DNA from: an uncultured delta proteobacterium
GTDB taxonomy: Bacteria > Myxococcota_A > UBA9160 > UBA4427
NCBI GenBank assembly: GCA_963822965.1
Contig: CAWGJT010000008.1
Location: forward strand, 102,829-166,828
Direction: 5' to 3'
DNA length: 64,000 bases
Shown here: positions 61,740 through 64,000 of the stretch, in pieces
Layout of the letters: every line of letters begins with the position of its first letter
How positions within the stretch are numbered: the stretch's first letter is position 1
The notes under the pieces: generated by a model
Told to the model about the DNA's origin: nothing
The model's database searches: none
Seen by the model: the letters and a program-made list of their open reading frames with translations, nothing else
Made by a program: the position numbers and the translations under genes

Positions 61740-61772
61740 TCGGAGCTCCGGCCGCTCTACGCTCGGGCGTCC

Positions 61773-62596
61773 ATGCGCGGGAAGAACACCCTGTCCCGGG
61801 CCCGGCTTGCCCTGGCGGTGCTGCTCGGCACGCCGGCGCTGTTCAGCGGCTGCAACTGCCAGTCGTGTTCGCGATCCCGATCGGGGCGCCCGGTGCTTCG
61901 GCGAGCGTCGCGGCGTCGAGCGCGCCTCCGAAGCGCCATCGCTCGACGCATCTAGCGCCGCTGCCGGGGCCGCGCCGCGCAGCGCATCTCCCTGCAGGGC
62001 GCTGCGGGTGCGAGCGTGGAGGTGCCGGTCGGCGCGACGGATTCCAGACCCGTGCTCATCGTTCTGTCCGGAGGCGATGCGCAGGCGGCGTGTCGCTCGT
62101 GGCGCGGTCTGTCGCGGGGCTACGGCTTCGTCGTGTGCCCCGCCGTCGCTGGAGAGAGCGCTGCGACACCCGACATTCCCTCCACCGAGAAAGCCCTGCG
62201 CGCCACCCTGGGCGCGTTGCGTCAACGCTTCGGCAACTACATCTCGCCCGGGCCGGTCGTGCTGGTGGGAGTGGGCCAGAGCGCCCGCTCAGCGGTGTCG
62301 CTGCTCCGGCAGGAGCCGGCCTACTTCGCGCGTGTTGCGCTGGTGGATGGCGGATTTCCGGCCTGGTCGTCGGGCGTCGCCACTATCTTCAGCCGCCGCG
62401 GAGGCAAGCGCGCGCTGTTCGTCTGCAGACGGCCGGAGTGCAGGGAGGCCGGCGGACGACGCGGCCGTTCTTGGCCGGCGCGCCGGCGCCGAGGTGCGGT
62501 CGCTCTCGAGCGGGGACGCGGGCGTCCGATGTGGGGCTGGGCCAGGGCTTCGCGTGGCTTGTGGAGGGCGACGCCGACTGGAAACCGCCGCGGTAA
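61773..62596 (+). CDS. exported hypothetical protein with hydrolase-like fold (frameshifted)
   Basis: Signal/lipobox FSGC; RPVLIVLSG, GFVVCP, PVVLVGVGQSA (no canonical nucleophile Ser), ALVDGG. Confidence 0.5.
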
Positions 62597-62667
62597 TGCC
62601 GGCCTTCGACCTGCCGGACCCGTAATGGTACAAATCGTCGGCGTGAGTAGGCTGTCCTCGCGCGTCC

Positions 62668-63308
62668 ATGCTTGTTGTCGGCGCGGTGCTTTCGCTGGCG
62701 GGATGCTCCCGGAAGCCGCCTCCGCGCTTCGAGGTGCTGGTGAAGGTGCAGGGCGATCCCGGAGAACCGCTGCCGGGAGCTCTGGTGCTCTTGCAGGGCA
62801 AGCAGGTGGGCAAGACCGGCGCCAAGGGCGAGACGGTGCTCGGCCTGGAAGGGGCAGAGGGCGAGTCCGTACGCTTTCACGATTCGCTGCCCTTCCGGCT
62901 ACAAGTCGCCTTCGCAGCCCACGGTGGTGACGCTGCGCCGTATCGCGGAACCCGAGCAAGCGCCCCGAATACATGGTGGATTGTCCCCCCACGACGCGAA
63001 ACGTCGTCGTGGCGGTGCGTGCGGAGAACGGTCCCGAGCTGCCCGTGCTCTATCTCGGTGAGAAAGTGGCCCAGACCGACGACTCCGGGGCGGCCCACGT
63101 GCTGTTGAAACTACCGCCGAATCAACCGTTCAAGCTCACTCTGGACACCAGCGGCGATGACCACTCGCGACTGCGGCCCCAGAACCCCACTGCGACGTTC
63201 GACGTGAAGAACCAGGACGACATGTTCGTCTTCAATCAGAAGTTCAAGCTCGAGCGGCCTCGCTACCACTATCACCCGCGTCATCACGTTGGCCCGACGC
63301 CGCTCTGA
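62668..63308 (+). CDS. hypothetical lipoprotein with beta-sandwich repeats (frameshifted)
   Basis: Lipobox LAGC; two similar GKTGAKG / AQTDDSG repeat units. Confidence 0.55.
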
Positions 63309-63714
63309 TCGCCGGCTGGCCAGGTCGTCGGGTGTTCCGGGCGGCGCGGGAAGTGTTCTGACATGTCATGACACTCCGGAATCGCGGAAACAGCATAGAA
63401 AACGCGGGTATCGCGATCCGGGGTGTATTTTCAGATTCGGGCCTCAAGCGGGATTTCGGCCTGGATCGTGCGCGGAACGCATCCTGCATAAGCCCCTCCG
63501 CGTCCCGGGCGAGCCCTCGGGATTGGTGGTTGATCGGCGTGACCGTCCGTGTAGTCTGCGTGTAGGTAGGGCATCGTCGGCGTACTGTTGCCTTCGGCCC
63601 GTGCAAGTTACACGCTTCAGAGTCGTGGAATGAAAGGCCTTCCCTCTTCCTGTCCAGCCCGGCGCTTCGTGCGTCAACGAAGCGTCCTGGGCAGGACGTC
63701 CCGCGGCGCGGTCC

Positions 63715-63870
63715 ATGTTCCGCGACGAACAGGGAGCGGTGATGGTCGAATACGTCGTGGTTCTTGGCGTTGCGGCGGTCGGTATTGCCGCAGCGATCGC
63801 CGGGCTCGGCCCCGTGCTTCTGGCCGCCTACGAGCGCGCCCGAGGCATTCTTATTGCCCCCATGCCCTGA
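63715..63870 (+). CDS. Flp family type IVb pilin
   Basis: MFRDEQG|AVMVEYVVVLGV: prepilin cleavage site and EY Flp motif; 51 aa, absent from the ORF track. Confidence 0.8.
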   Translation: MFRDEQGAVMVEYVVVLGVAAVGIAAAIAGLGPVLLAAYERARGILIAPMP

Positions 63871-63903
63871 CGTTAGGGCCCAGCAAGTCGGAAAGGTGCT
63901 CAG

Positions 63904-64000
63904 ATGAACAAGCTCAGGACACTGGTCAAGGACACGCGTGGCGCAAACCTCGTCGAGTACATCATCCTCGTCGGCGTGATCGCGCTTATCGCATTGGCCG
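63904..64000 (+). CDS. second Flp pilin (partial, window edge)
   Basis: MNKLRTLVKDTRG|ANLVEYIILVGVIALIALA, with an AAAGG RBS upstream. Confidence 0.85.
   Translation, partial: MNKLRTLVKDTRGANLVEYIILVGVIALIALA

Overview
This window is almost certainly three unrelated DNA fragments joined end to end, with frequent single-base indels typical of uncorrected long reads. Both joins truncate genes on each side. Segment A (1 to ~28080; very high GC, Myxococcota/deltaproteobacterial-like by inference) carries an ECF sigma/anti-sigma/DUF3106-like module, a CTAG-bounded MITE-like element, thiI, asd, pal, a TPP enzyme and an exonuclease-DinG fusion. It also holds a ~14 kb lipid operon: ENR-type SDR, FabH, FabA, FabG, FabZ, FabF/B, ACP, acyltransferase, PPTase, a ~1,890-aa single-chain eukaryote-like acyl-CoA carboxylase and an LpxL-like acyltransferase. 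Segment B (~28081 to ~50898; mid GC, Acidobacteria-like by inference) carries gltBD and a partly decayed polysaccharide locus (UpxY/NusG paralog, glycosyltransferases, wzi pseudogene, fcl, gmd, uxs, ugd). That locus is interrupted by an opposite-strand pair: a GalU-like gene and a ~1,100-aa GHMP kinase/UDP-sugar pyrophosphorylase fusion. Segment C (~50899 to 64000; high GC, Polyangiales-like by inference) carries the rpoB 3' end, rpoC, myxobacterial lipoproteins, ybaK, a FATP-type acyl-CoA synthetase and tandem Flp pilins. The best candidates for under-described systems are the FAS-II operon with its own eukaryote-type carboxylase and no fabD, and the kinase-pyrophosphorylase sugar-salvage cassette. 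Taxonomic and family assignments come from motif recognition only; no searches were run.
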